45,671 nt of DNA from Octopus bimaculoides (taxonomy: Eukaryota), in the NCBI RefSeq assembly GCF_001194135.2, contig NC_068997.1, positions 523,813 to 569,483 on the forward strand, given 5' to 3'. Both the position numbers and the translations under genes were made by a program. The notes under the pieces are model-generated. The model had not been told where the DNA came from. It did not search any database and saw nothing but the letters and a program-made list of their open reading frames with translations. Shown one piece after another: positions 33,639-45,621 of this stretch. Position 1 is the first letter of the stretch; each line of letters begins with the position of its first letter.

Positions 33639-34474
33639 TAATTTTTCTGCTGGTCATCCAATCGACACTTTGTAACACACTTATATCATAACATTCTCGC
33701 TAATTCTCAATGATGCGTATCGAGTACATGGTTAATTTTATTGGACAACAAGCTATCATTAAATGCAGAACCCACTCATTAATTAAGACCCTAATTACTT
33801 CAAATAGTATTGTATTCTAGAAGATAATGCGTTTCCTTTATCGTATTTAGTGTTTTTTTTTTTTTGTTAATGGTCCTGAACATGTCTGAAAATCTCGTCA
33901 GTTGTAAATTAGAGACAGGAAATCGTTAAAAATCCCAATAAAGCAATTAATTACACCAAAGATATTTCAGTTTTTATGCTATCGACTGTGTAGATTTTAT
34001 TGTAAATCAAAGCTTATAATTGTTTTTAAAAAAGACTTACAGCAATGCAGGTGGGAATTTGGCAAAATATGTTGAGTGATGTCTATAAATAAAGACAAAG
34101 ACAAGATATTATACAACCTACATAGGTTGTTTAATGCTTCTGTACTATTTTGGGAAAGAATCTCCTAATCAAATATAAAAAAAAACATTCCAAGAGTTCG
34201 GAGAAAAGTGTTGTTCCTGGGAACCTATTCTGGAATATTGTGAAAAGTATTTGATTAGTGTTCATACAGTTATGGTTAGTAATATTCGTAGTATCAGTGC
34301 ATCAGATGGTGTGGGAAGCAGCAGTAGAAGGTGTCCTGGTAAGAATGGTTAGCGTGTAATAGTAAAAAGGTCAGTGGACAATAAAAATAGTAAAAAGGTC
34401 AGTGGACAATAATTGAACTTTAAGGTAGTAAGTTATGTTCAGATTTTCTTTGTTTAAAAATAAAATGATTGGTA

Positions 34475-34610
34475 GTATTAGGTTGTTATATATGATAAAG
34501 TGTGAATGTATTAGGTTGTTATATATGATAAAGTGTGAATGTATTAGGTTGTTATATATGATAAAGTGTGAATGTATTAGGTTGTTATATATGATAAAGT
34601 GTGAATGTAT
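34475..34610. repeat. Perfect 33-bp tandem repeat x4
   Basis: GTATTAGGTTGTTATATATGATAAAGTGTGAAT at 34475, 34508, 34541 and 34574. Confidence 0.95.
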
Positions 34611-34879
34611 ATGAAAAATAGAAGAGATTAGTAAACGTGGCATAAGTTAGGAAGTTAGGGGATATGCATTAAGAGTTATTGGAAAAGGTTACTGAACAAT
34701 AGCTGAATTTTGAGGTAGGTTAACAGAAGGAGAATAACAACATTTATAAATAGCAAATTGTATTAAGCTTTTAGGTTTAGTAAAATATGCTGTAGTGATG
34801 TGGTGAATCTGTATCAGAATTTAGTGGAAAGGTGAGAAAAGGTACGTGGGTGAGAGGGAGGGGGCTAGAAAAGACAATT

Positions 34880-35400
34880 TGCACCATTCAGTTCGACTGT
34901 GTTGCTAATGTCTGGCTTATGTTATTTTTTATGAGAAGAGTTTCCTTGATTCTCAAGTTACCGATCTTCCGGTCAGGTGCTAAATTTCAACTTCACTCTT
35001 ACGGCATCTTTTGAAGTGTTTCTTATCCGAGAAAGTGCGAGCGTGGAGTTTCCAGATTGCACTGCCAATATAGTGATCCCTACATCTATCGCTTTTCACC
35101 TAGACATAGTTTTGTGTCATGGATAGGGCAGCTGTTAGCATACACGTATTGTTCTCGGGAAGTTGCTTCCTGGCAAGGCTCCAACGTAAGTGGAGTCTAG
35201 AGTGCCGAAAGAAGGGTTCTGTCTAACCCCCTCTCTGCGAAAGGCTTTTCGAATAGTGGTGGTAGTAGTCCGGTTAAGATGTAATAGTTCCAGGAAACAA
35301 AGCTCTTGTGATGGTTGTTTTGTGTTTTGCATTGTGGATCTTGTTGAAGATGGATGGAAGACGTGGGGTATCCGTTAAGCCTCAAGTTTTTTTGTTTTTA
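34880..35400 (-). mobile_element. Decayed Penelope-like element, C-terminal GIY-YIG region
   Basis: Minus frames: NGYP; TTIRKAFRREG; CPIHDTKLCL; HYIGSAIWKLHAR; NLRIKETLLIK. Confidence 0.7.
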
Positions 35401-35704
35401 TTTTTGAAATGTGCAGAGTTAATGTCTCGATCGGTCGCTTTGCTACAACTGCGAGCAAATTCATTTTGTATGTCGTTATGACTGATACCGTATTAAGGGG
35501 ATGATTTAAAGCGCACTGGTTATTTTCTTGAAAAATCGTTTGGTGATATTACCAGAAGCAGCATCGGGTTTTTCGTTCTCCAGACTATATGAATTAAACA
35601 AAGGAAAAACAACAACAACAGCGATAAGACTAATACTACAAATAATAATAATCCTTTCTATTGGAGGTACAACGCTCGAAAATTGGGGGAAGGCATTAAG
35701 TCGA

Positions 35705-36101
35705 TTACATATCTGCGATGTTTTCCTCAGTTCTACTGGTTGCGGGTTTCACAGAACGTTCGTCAATATTGAATTTTTTTCTGCCATCTTGAAAACGTTT
35801 CAGCCACTCGTACACTTGTGTGCATCTCATACACTCCTCTCCATACACTTTCTGCAACTTTGCGTAGGCCTCTGAGCAGGTATCACCAGGACAACTTTCT
35901 CTGTCATGGTCAATGCGACAATCACACGCTACACACCATCCTTCCAAGCACTGCTATAAACAGCAGAAGTGATCTAAAACGCTAAAACTTAGTGCACGTG
36001 CACCGCAGAGTTCAAAATCAATTTTTGCCAAGCAGTTTCACTCTGCGTGGTCTAGCTTCGTTACTATGGCAACAGTCCGGATACTTATTGATCAGACCTC
36101 G
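35705..36101 (-). mobile_element. Mariner 5' fragment with one TIR
   Basis: TIR (minus) TA/CGAGGTCTGATCAATAAGTATCCGGAC; ORF piece EAYAKLQKVYGEECMRCTQVYEWLKRFQDGR...DERSVKPATSRTEENI; cut at the left by a SINE tail fragment. Confidence 0.85.
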
Positions 36102-36144
36102 TATATATGTGTGTGTGTGTGTGTAGAATGTTGAAAAGTGACAC

Positions 36145-36406
36145 AAGGCTTTGGTCAGTCAGATGCTACCGTAGAGAACACTTACACAAGGTGCCACACA
36201 GTGAGACTGAACCCAGGACCATGTGGTTGGCAAGCTAGCTTCTTAACACATAGCCACGCCTGTACCTTTATATCAATTTAAAAAGTCGAAATGAGATTGA
36301 GTAATATTCATTCCTTTCTCGACGACTTCAAAATCACCTTAAACATGTGTGTGTAGAATGCTGAAAAGTGACACCCGAGTTGATACGTATAAGGAAAATA
36401 AGACAA
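36145..36406. repeat. Left arm of 262-bp inverted duplication
   Basis: Reverse complement of 38246-38507; includes a SINE head and about 145 bp of non-SINE flank. Confidence 0.92.
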
Positions 36407-37169
36407 GATAGAATTTTAAAATAATTTTACCATGAAATACATTTTGTAATGGTTAGTACTGGTTTCTGTCTTTTCGACTTTTTCAGCTAAGAATAAAACA
36501 AAGGTGGATATTATGTAAGAAGAAAAACAGTTANNNNNNNNNNNNNNNNNNNNNNNNNNNNNNNNNNNNNNNNNNNNNNNNNNNNNNNNNNNNNNNNNNN
36601 NNNNNNNNNNNNNNNNNNNNNNNNNNNNNNNNNNNNNNNNNNNNNNNNNNNNNNNNNNNNNNNNNNNNNNNNNNNNNNNNNNNNNNNNNNNNNNNNNNNN
36701 NNNNNNNNNNNNNNNNNNNNNNNNNNNNNNNNNNNNNNNNNNNNNNNNNNNNNNNNNNNNNNNNNNNNNNNNNNNNNNNNNNNNNNNNNNNNNNNNNNNN
36801 NNNNNNNNNNNNNNNNNNNNNNNNNNNNNNNNNNNNNNNNNNNNNNNNNNNNNNNNNNNNNNNNNNNNNNNNNNNNNNNNNNNNNNNNNNNNNNNNNNNN
36901 NNNNNNNNNNNNNNNNNNNNNGGAGGAGGAGGTGGGGAGGAGGAGGAGGAGGAGGAAGATGATGATGAGGAGGAGGAGGAAGAAGATGAGGAGGAGGAGG
37001 AGGAGAAGGAAGGGGGAAGGAGAAGAAGGATAAGAAGAAAAGGAAAAAGACGGGAGTGGTTTTATCCAGTAGTAAAGGTTGTCGTGAAATCTACTTTAAT
37101 GGTCAAGTGACCTCACAATGGTCAGTTGTGATTGTAGTACAGTGGCGACTGTTCTAAGTACACCAATCG

Positions 37170-37450
37170 TTTATCACTGTAGTAGTGTCATCTGTGGTGG
37201 AAGCATTCAAGAGCGATTTATATTTTGCGATAAAATATGATTCTTTGCTAATGCGCTGATTATAGGTTGCATTGTCCCTAAATTTATAGAGGGGATAAAT
37301 TCTAAAGTTGGGTTGTTCACTAATGACGTGAATGTTGATGTGTTCACTTAATGCTATTTTTCTGTATTCCCGTATTTTAATCTGGGGTTTATGTACGGTC
37401 ATCCTTTGGCATAGACTGTTTTTAGTTTGACCAATGGGAGTTTAGTGGTT
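37170..37450 (-). mobile_element. Penelope-like GIY-YIG endonuclease fragment
   Basis: IGQTKNSLCQRMTVHKPQIKIREYRKIALSEHI...RISKESYFIAKYKSLLN. Confidence 0.75.
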
Positions 37451-38245
37451 TTCGTCACTGCATGTCGAAATCTTTAGAAAAAATTTTAATGTGTCATATA
37501 GATGTAATTTTTGACGCTAAATCCGAATTAGTTATTCATCTATTCCAGAATAAATTTGCGAAAATGTTACAGGTGTTCAAAGTTTTAGAATTTTCAGAAT
37601 TTTCAGTCAATCAGAAACCAGTGCGTTCGGTGTCTCTAGCATCATCGGGGGAAGCAGAGTACCGGCATGTCAAAAAATCAAACTAGCTGCAGTAAACAGT
37701 GAAAAACATTAAAACATGCGCGAGTCAATTAAATATCTAAAAGTTACGAACAAACCAACAGGAGTTGCTAGAAATAAGTTAAAACATTAAAATATACACG
37801 AGCAAAGTTAACAGTGAAAACAGTGAAAAACATTCGCGAGCAAATTAAAATATTTAAAAGCTACGGGCAAACCAACAAGATTTGCTAAAAATAACAGTCA
37901 AAACATTGCTTAAAACAGGCATTTATTAGTTTAAAAAATTCAAGAACGAAACTTTGCAATATACTCTACGATTTTATAAAATAAATTATCTTTCTCATAT
38001 CTCCTTCTCCATATAAATTCGCAATGATCAAGAGTCAACCATTGAACGGTGTGCCCTACACCGGCGTTTGTTTCCACGCTTTAAAGATGCCCATGTACTC
38101 TCAATTTGTTGAGTGTGAGTTCCATCTGTTATGTAAACAATTATAGAATACGTGGTGGTTACACTGCAAACCAAATATGCGCAGCATCTTTGGTTACTAT
38201 AGAAACAGAGTTCTTCCCAATCAGCTATGGATCACATTTTCTACT

Positions 38246-38507
38246 TTGTCTTATTTTCTTTATACATATCAACTCGGGTGTCACTACTCAGCATTCTACA
38301 CACACATGTTTAAGGTGATTTTAAAGTCGTCGAGAAATGAATGAATATTACTCAATCGCATTTCGACTTTTTAAATTGATATAAAGGTACAGGCGTGGCT
38401 ACATGTTAAGAAGCTAGCTTGCCAACAACATGGTCCTGGGTTCAGTCTCACTGCGTGGCACCTTGTGTAAGTGTCCTCTGCTGTAGCCTCTGCCTGACCA
38501 AAGCCTT
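38246..38507. repeat. Right arm of 262-bp inverted duplication
   Basis: Reverse complement of 36145-36406. Confidence 0.92.
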
Positions 38508-38835
38508 TGTGAGTGGATTTGTTTGATGGAAGTTAAAAGAAGGTATGTTGATGCTAACGCACGAAAATCTCGCACCTTGAGTCCCTCTGTTACTTCTGTG
38601 AAATATTAATAAAAATGTATGTTTGTGCGTGTCTTTGTGTCTGTTTGTCACCCGCTACCGTTTGGCAACTGGCGTTAGTTTGTTTACGTCCTCGCAACCT
38701 AGCGGTTCGGCAAAACGGAACTGATAGAATAAGTACCAGGCTGAAAAAAAAAAATTCATTTGTCTAAAAATTCCTCCAAGTCGATGCTCGAGCATGGCCG
38801 CTGTCTAATGACTGAAACAAGTAAAAGATAAAAAG
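38391..38835 (+). mobile_element. SINE family B, full length
   Basis: tRNA-like head, central TG-rich part, tail ATGACTGAAACAAGTAAAAGATAAAAGA. Confidence 0.88.
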
Positions 38836-39212
38836 AGAGAGGTGAAAGGGAGAAGAGAAAGAGTAAGGGTGATAGGAGAGCAAATAAGAAATAGAGAAGA
38901 GGAACGAAAAGGGAGGGTTGAGATAATACGGCGGGAAAATAAAGGTTCGCGCGGAAAAATATAAGCGAAGAGCGGTAAACTGTAGAAAGAGGAGTAGGAG
39001 GGATAAAAATAGAGAGAAAGAGAGCCGAGATTATAATACATGAAGAAGTTATAGTAGGAAAGAGAGATTTTATTGGTGGAGTATTTGAAGGAAGAGGGCG
39101 GAGAAGAGGTAAGACACACCTACACTGGCTGAATGAGAACGAGCAAGAGAACTAAACGTGCTTCTTTGTCTTTTAATTCCTTCCTTCCTTCTTTCTCTCT
39201 GCATTTCAGCAG

Positions 39213-39254
<42 letters not shown>

Positions 39255-39740
39255 NNNNNNNNNNNNNNNNNNNNNNNNNNNNNNNNNNNNNNNNNNNNNN
39301 NNNNNNNNNNNNNNNNNNNNNNNNNNNNNNNNNNNNNNNNNNNNNNNNNNNNNNNNNNNNNNNNNNNNNNNNNNNNNNNNNNNNNNNNNNNNNNNNNNNN
39401 NNNNNNNNNNNNNNNNNNNNNNNNNNNNNNNNNNNNNNNNNNNNNNNNNNNNNNNNNNNNNNNNNNNNNNNNNNNNNNNNNNNNNNNNNNNNNNNNNNNN
39501 NNNNNNNNNNNNNNNNNNNNNNNNNNNNNNNNNNNNNNNNNNNNNNNNNNNNNNNNNNNNNNNNNNNNNNNNNNNNNNNNNNNNNNNNNNNNNNNNNNNN
39601 NNNNNNNNNNNNNNNNNNNNNNNNNNNNNNNNNNNNNNNNNNNNGTGTAGATAGCTAGATAGATAGATAGATAGCTAGCTAGATAGATAGATAGCTAGCT
39701 AGCTAGATAGCTAGCTAGATAGATAGATAGATAGATAGAT

Positions 39741-39935
39741 AAGGCGAGCAAGTTCGGTGTAGGGACTAAGTCGATTACATCGACCTCCGTGTTCAGCTGG
39801 TACTTATTTAATCGACCCCGAAAGGATGAAAGGCAAAGTCGACCTCGGAGGAATTTCAAATCAGAATATAAAGACGGACGAAATGCCGCTAAGCATTTTG
39901 TCCGGTGTGCTAACAACTCTACCAGCTCACCACTT
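39741..39935 (-). mobile_element. SINE family A next to a (TAGA/TAGC)n tract
   Basis: Reverse complement matches family A. Confidence 0.88.
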
Positions 39936-40103
39936 GCTGTCTGCAGAATATTAAAGAAAAAAGAAAGAAAGAAAGAAAAACAAACTAAAATAACTAAAAT
40001 TAAACAAGCTCGGCAAATGATTTTCAATAATTGAATTCGATATTTAGAACATTTTGATTTTGTTGCATAACTTATAATTTATTTAATACACAAAAACACC
40101 GGT

Positions 40104-43080
40104 CAGTTTTTAAATGCCAATTTAGCATATTTTATGCTCGATGTAGCATTTTTTTTCTTTTCAGCATTTAGCAGAAAACGTTTGAATCTAGCATTTAGCA
40201 GGGAAAATAGCAGGTTTAAAATTTTATTCAGCATTTTTTAGCATTTTCCTCTGATCATGACATTTCCACAATAGTTACCCTTTTTTCTTCTTTTTCTTCC
40301 TTTTCTACTTTCGTTAAAGTATCTTACAGCCAAATTTTAATACTATCGTCTATTGTTGAATTTTTCTTTCACTTTCATGAAATCTCAAATGAAAGTTTAT
40401 CAAAAGGAAACTTATCAAGTTATGAACACCTCCCAGCCCGCTTGGATACAGAGTGGTGCTGGTGGGGGGAGAGGGGAAAAGGTAACTCAAGTCAGCACCT
40501 GAACTCACTACACAATAATGTAAATATATTGCAAAGAATGAAAGCTTGGAAATTCGTCTTAACAATGCTTTATTCTGTAGTGAAGAGTTTTTGTCATGAC
40601 AGCTTGACTGAATTACTTTCAGTTTGACTGTTTTAAAATAGGCCTTTGGTTTTTCATGCTTGTTTTGGATTATATATCTTGTATAGAAGTACGGGGGTGG
40701 CAGGGTCTTCCCCTTTATATTTCTACTTACTTTCTTTTTCAAGTATTGTAGTTATATTTGTGGTTTTACCAATAGATGTTAAATGTAAGATTGGAAGCGA
40801 AATATGATGTTCCCAGGTTTATATCAGAACACAGTTTTAGGAGTTCTGCAGATTTTACTTTTCCATTATAAGTTGGACTGATAAGTTGTGTTTTCAATTT
40901 TATATTTTTATTAATCATTCAATTTATTTTCTTGCTTCCCATTACATTATAATGAGCAAAGAAAATGCAAAGTTGTACCAGCAAAAATTCTGAAAGGGGC
41001 TTAAGATGCCAACGTTTACTAAGCGGTTGTATGAAGTACCTAGTGACCAATCTAAAGCACATTGCAGATATTGTAGATGTAATATGTTGGCAAAATATTC
41101 TCTTTTAGTAAGCCACTGTGAAGCAAAGAAACATAAGGCATCAACTCCACAGCAAATGATTACTCTTATCAATTTTATTAAAACCAAAAATGATAAGACA
41201 TCTATGCTTGAAGCAAATTTAGCAATGTTTATTTGTTGCCACTCATCATTTGATAGCTGGGATCACTTAATAGAGTTATGTAAGAATTATATGTCTGATT
41301 GTGATATTATGTCCAAAGTGAAGATGCATCGTACAAAATGAGTAAATATTGTGAGAAATGTTCTAGCTCCATATTTTGATTTCTGATATAGAAGATAGAA
41401 AATTTAGCCAGTTATTAGATGAATCTAATGATATATCGATAAACAAGTTGTTAGGAATTGTTATCATATATTACAGTGACACAAAAGTGGTACATACATA
41501 TCTCAGTATCGTATCTTTAGAAACATGTGATGCAGATGGCATTGCAGATGCCTTAAAAATTGAATTAGCAAAGAAGAAATTAGATATAAAAAATTTACAG
41601 GCTATAGGAACTGACAATGCTAGAGTCAATAATGGTGTTTTCCAGAAATTAAAAGTTCCGTCATTACTTCTATTTAGATGTGTATGTCATTCTTTACAGT
41701 TAACAGTATCCCACACATATGCTGAATGCCTGTCCATAAATTTAGAATTTTTAGTATCCGAAACCTATAAATGGTTCTCTCATTCTTCAACAAGACAAAG
41801 TGCCTACAAACAACTTTACCTTTCTATCAATGATAAAGAGCCTTTGAAGATTGTGAATTCTTGAACAACTAGGTGGCTGTCAATAGAACCAGTTGTAAAT
41901 AGAACTTTAAGCCAATGGTTTGAATTGAAAATTCGCTTCTAATCTACAACTACAAAAGAAAAATACCTTGCAGCACAAACGTTACATGAAATGTTTTGTG
42001 ATTCTAAGAATGAACTTTACCTTTTATTTTTGCATCCAATTTTAAAACATGTTCAGGAAGCGAATAAACTGTTTGAATCAAACACTGTCGACAAAACAAA
42101 ATTGCTTAGAGATCTTCCAAAATTTGATCCAATCTATTTTGCTAATATGATAGTGTTGCCAACATTTAGAATTGATCCTCTTGATCCTGATGCTTCTATT
42201 GAAAAATGTCTGGATCCTAAACCAAATTTAGGCTACAGGTTTGAGAGAAAGATAGCAGAAGTGATTATCAAGAAGACTGTAACAGCCAACGAAGAAAATA
42301 ATATTCGCAAAAGAGCACAAAAATTTTTACTCTGCCTTTATAAAGAGCTCAAGCAACGTTTGCCAGAAAATATTAATATACTGCAGAATACCAAATGTCT
42401 TTCTGTAGAGTATATTTTGCAGCATTTCAAAGAATCAATTCTACCTGTCTTAGAAGCAATGCATTTAAATGAAGAAAAAAATTGCTTCATTTAAAATTCA
42501 GTTTAATAGCATTCATTTAGTTAAATGGACAACTGCATCAAATTCTGAGGCATTCTGGCTGGAAATCTTGGAATATAAAGATGCTACTGGAGGAAATCCT
42601 TTCAGAGATGTTGCAAATTTTGTCATTAATCTATTGACATTGCCAAACTCAAATGCAGAAGTTGAACGGTTGTTCAGTAATATGGGTGTAATCAAATCAA
42701 AATTGAAAAACAAAATGCGTCTTCCTATGCTTAGATCAACACTGTCTATAAAATATGGCCTGAAAAGATATGGCAGATGTTGCAAAAACTTTGATATTCC
42801 AAAACACATGATTGACGAGATTGGAACCGTGAATGTATTCAGAAGTCAAGACCTAGGCACTGCAGCTGAAAGTGATCAAATCAGTGAAATTCAAGAAATT
42901 ATTTCTCAATGCTGAATATAATTAAAGAAAGTAAATAAAAATGTAAATAAAAATTAAGCTTTTTGACATAATGTCTTTAACATCTTTTTTTTTTTCTTAT
43001 TTAGCATTATTTAGCATTTTGGTGGGTATTTTTTCTACTGACATTTAACATAAAATTATGATTTTAAGTTGGCAATACTG
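40104..43080 (+). mobile_element. About 3-kb hAT DNA transposon (left boundary uncertain)
   Basis: Right terminus AAGTTGGCAATACTG (43066-43080); clustered TTTAGCA/TAGCATT subterminal motifs at both ends; transposase pseudogene inside. Confidence 0.75.
40952..42915 (+). pseudogene. hAT transposase pseudogene (BED finger, DDE core, CxxH, C-terminal dimerisation domain)
   Basis: HCRYC...HCEAKKH; LLDESND; IGTDNA; CVCHSLQL; TRWLS; LTLPNSNAEVERLFS. At least four in-frame stops and two frameshifts. Confidence 0.92.
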
Positions 43081-43120
43081 GCTATAATCATTCTGGTAAC
43101 TAACATGATGGCGACTAATA

Positions 43121-43337
43121 AGGGAGCGATCTGGCAAAATCACTAGCGCCTCAGGCAAAATGTTTAACAGCATTTCGTGCATTTTTTCATTCTGAGTTCA
43201 AATTCCGCTGTGGTCCACTCTGCCTTTTATACTTCCGGAGTCGATAAAATAAGTACCAGTTGAACTGAGATCGATGCAATCTATTTGTTCATTTTCCCCG
43301 AAATTGCTGGCCCTGTACCAAAATTTGAAACCAATAT
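43121..43337 (+). mobile_element. SINE family A
   Basis: Family A head and body ending AAATTTGAAACCAATAT. Confidence 0.88.
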
Positions 43338-43788
43338 GATGGCAATTAATAGAATCACTTTTTTTTTCCTATCGTAAAGTAAGCGATGCATTCACATGAA
43401 AGTGGTCTTACAATAATAAATTGCAAATCAAAAGGGCAGAAATTTTATAAGAAAGAAATATTCCATTTAATCATGAATTCCAAACATTTTTTATTCTATA
43501 AGCGGGTTTTTCAAATATCTTGGTCATGTAATCCGTTAATCGTTATAAACTAAAAAAAATCTCCCATTTATGTTTATCTCCCTCCATGTTTAGCCACCAG
43601 TGGGCAACGAAGAAATAAATTAAAGAATATCACTTTCCGGATAGGAATACCAACCGATAAAGACAAACATTCTTGTGCATCTTAATAATGGCTAAATTCT
43701 GTTCGAAGTTGAGAAGTTTCTTTCTTTTACAACCGAAGTTGCAGAGATGATTTGGAAAAGTTATATCAGTCGACCGGTTTCAAACAAA

Positions 43789-44211
43789 GGCGCAGGCGCG
43801 GCTGTGTGATAAGAAGCTTGCTTCTCAACCATGTGGTTCCAGGTTCGGTCTCACTGCGCGGAATCTTGGGCAAGTGCCTTATACGAATACATCGGGCTGA
43901 CCAAAGCCTCATGAGTGGATTTGGTAGACGGAAACAAAATGAGCTCGTTGTATATGTGTGTATATATGCGTGTATATGTGGGAGGGGGACACTTTTGTAT
44001 TTGTGTTTGTCCCCACTCCACGTCGCTTGACAGCCAGTGCTGGCGTGTTTAGGTTCCTGTAACTTAGCGGATCGGCAAAAGAACCGACAGAATAAGTACC
44101 AGGCTTAAAAATAAATAAGTACCGGGGTCGATTCATTCCACGGAAAATACTTCAAGATGGAACCCGATCATAGCCGCAATTTAATGACTGAAACATGCAG
44201 AAAATAAAAGA
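43789..44211 (+). mobile_element. SINE family B, full length
   Basis: Same head, body and tail as 38391-38835. Confidence 0.88.
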
Positions 44212-44486
44212 TTAAGGAGGTAAGAACTCTAGTTTATGAAGTAAATCTAAAATTGTTTTGTTTCCGTTTTACTTTTCAAAGTCATTGCCATTACACTGAG
44301 TTCATTCTCTAAGGATTTGTAACGGAACATACTTGGGATTTTGGGCTGCAAAGTGTTTATATTAGGCATAGATAATGTTATGGAGGAACACTTCAAACTT
44401 TTTCAAAATATGTAAAAAAAATTCCTCAGTGTAAACAAATCTTTCATTGAATGATAGAAACAAGTGCTGAATTATTTCAAAATTTG

Positions 44487-44573
44487 TTGCTTTATGACTG
44501 GTTTAATTGCTTTATGACTGGATTAATTGCTTTATGGCTGGATTAATTGCTTTATGACAGGATTAATTGCTTT
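44487..44573. repeat. 20-bp minisatellite (AATTGCTTTATGACTGGATT) x about 4.5
   Basis: Direct reading. Confidence 0.92.
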
Positions 44574-44658
44574 CCTGGTCATTCAGCATCTGCTATTGTT
44601 TCATGGACATTGTTTTCATCCCAGCCATACTTCAAATTGTGATGCTTACACTGTAGAA

Positions 44659-44760
44659 TAGTGGTTCCCAAACTTCTTCAGGCTTCCGCCCCTTTGGCTC
44701 CCAGGCCACATTCCTAGCACCCTCCTCTCATCACCACCATAAACATAAACCACTTTCTGC
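44659..44760. mobile_element. Probable hAT (Charlie-type) MITE end
   Basis: TAGTGGTTCCCAAACTT terminus and GGCCACAT subterminal piece similar to 17938. Confidence 0.45.
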
Positions 44761-45259
44761 AACAAATTCAAAACAACTGTATATCACAAATGAAAAACTG
44801 AACCTAATTAACTCATTATTTGGGGTTTTTTACACCCTTCTCCCCCTTTTGGCCACCCTATTATCACCCCTCTTTTCTTCAACGTATCCCTGGATCTTTC
44901 CACCGCCCCCCCCCCAGGGGGACGCTGAAGAAAAGTTATTTAGTAATCCTACTAATTAATAAATACAAGAAAAACAAATATCACCACAGGAAACTAACCA
45001 ATAACGAGGCAGGAATGAACGACTATTACAGTTTTACATGTTGTTCTTGTTTAATCCAAGGTTAGACACAATCAAGCAGAATCGAGGGAGATTTGGCTAC
45101 AATTTCTAGAAGGTCAAGTGACAACATCGAGGTTATCTGATTCAACTTCGGTTTCATTTAGATGTGAGATACTGATAGTTCTGTTCCGGCTTGCTGGAAG
45201 CTGCCGTTGTCTATGAGACAGTGAACTTTCCTATAGCCACAATAATAGTAATCGGAATT

Positions 45260-45445
45260 GTACTTAAGTTTGGGTACAGGGGCAGCCATTTTGAGAAGAA
45301 GATGGCACCACGGGCCTAGTACTTTACAAGTACTAACTTCATATGGATGAAAAGCAAAGTAGACCTTGGCGGGATTTGAACACAGAATGTAAAGAGATGG
45401 AACAAATACCATATTGTATATTTTCAGTCGCTCTAATTATTCTGC
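45260..45445 (-). mobile_element. Old SINE family A copy
   Basis: Reverse complement contains GTTCAAATCCCGCCAAGGTCTACTTTGCTTTTCATCC. Confidence 0.7.
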
Positions 45446-45464
45446 CAATCAACAGAGCTAAGAT

Positions 45465-45513
<49 letters not shown>

Positions 45514-45514
45514 A

Positions 45515-45620
45515 ACAGGCAAAGTCGGTCTCAGCGAAATTGAAACTCAGAACGTAGCAACGGGTGAAATATCGTTAAGCTTTTCGACTGGCGGGCTAAC
45601 CATAGTGCTAGCACGCCACC

Positions 45621-45621
<1 letters not shown>
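45515..45621 (-). mobile_element. SINE family A head between (GAT)n and (TAA)n tracts
   Basis: Reverse complement GGTGGCGTGCTAGCAC...GTTCTGAGTTTCAATTTCGC; (TAA)n runs 45622-45671. Confidence 0.7.

Noticed and set aside
37690-37910. Diverged tandem duplication of about 120 bp
   Set aside because: Only two degraded AT-rich units beside a Penelope remnant; no further structure.
41006-42915. Treating the four hAT ORFs as separate genes or a domesticated ZBED gene
   Set aside because: They are consecutive pieces of one transposase broken by stops and frameshifts without splice signals at the breaks.
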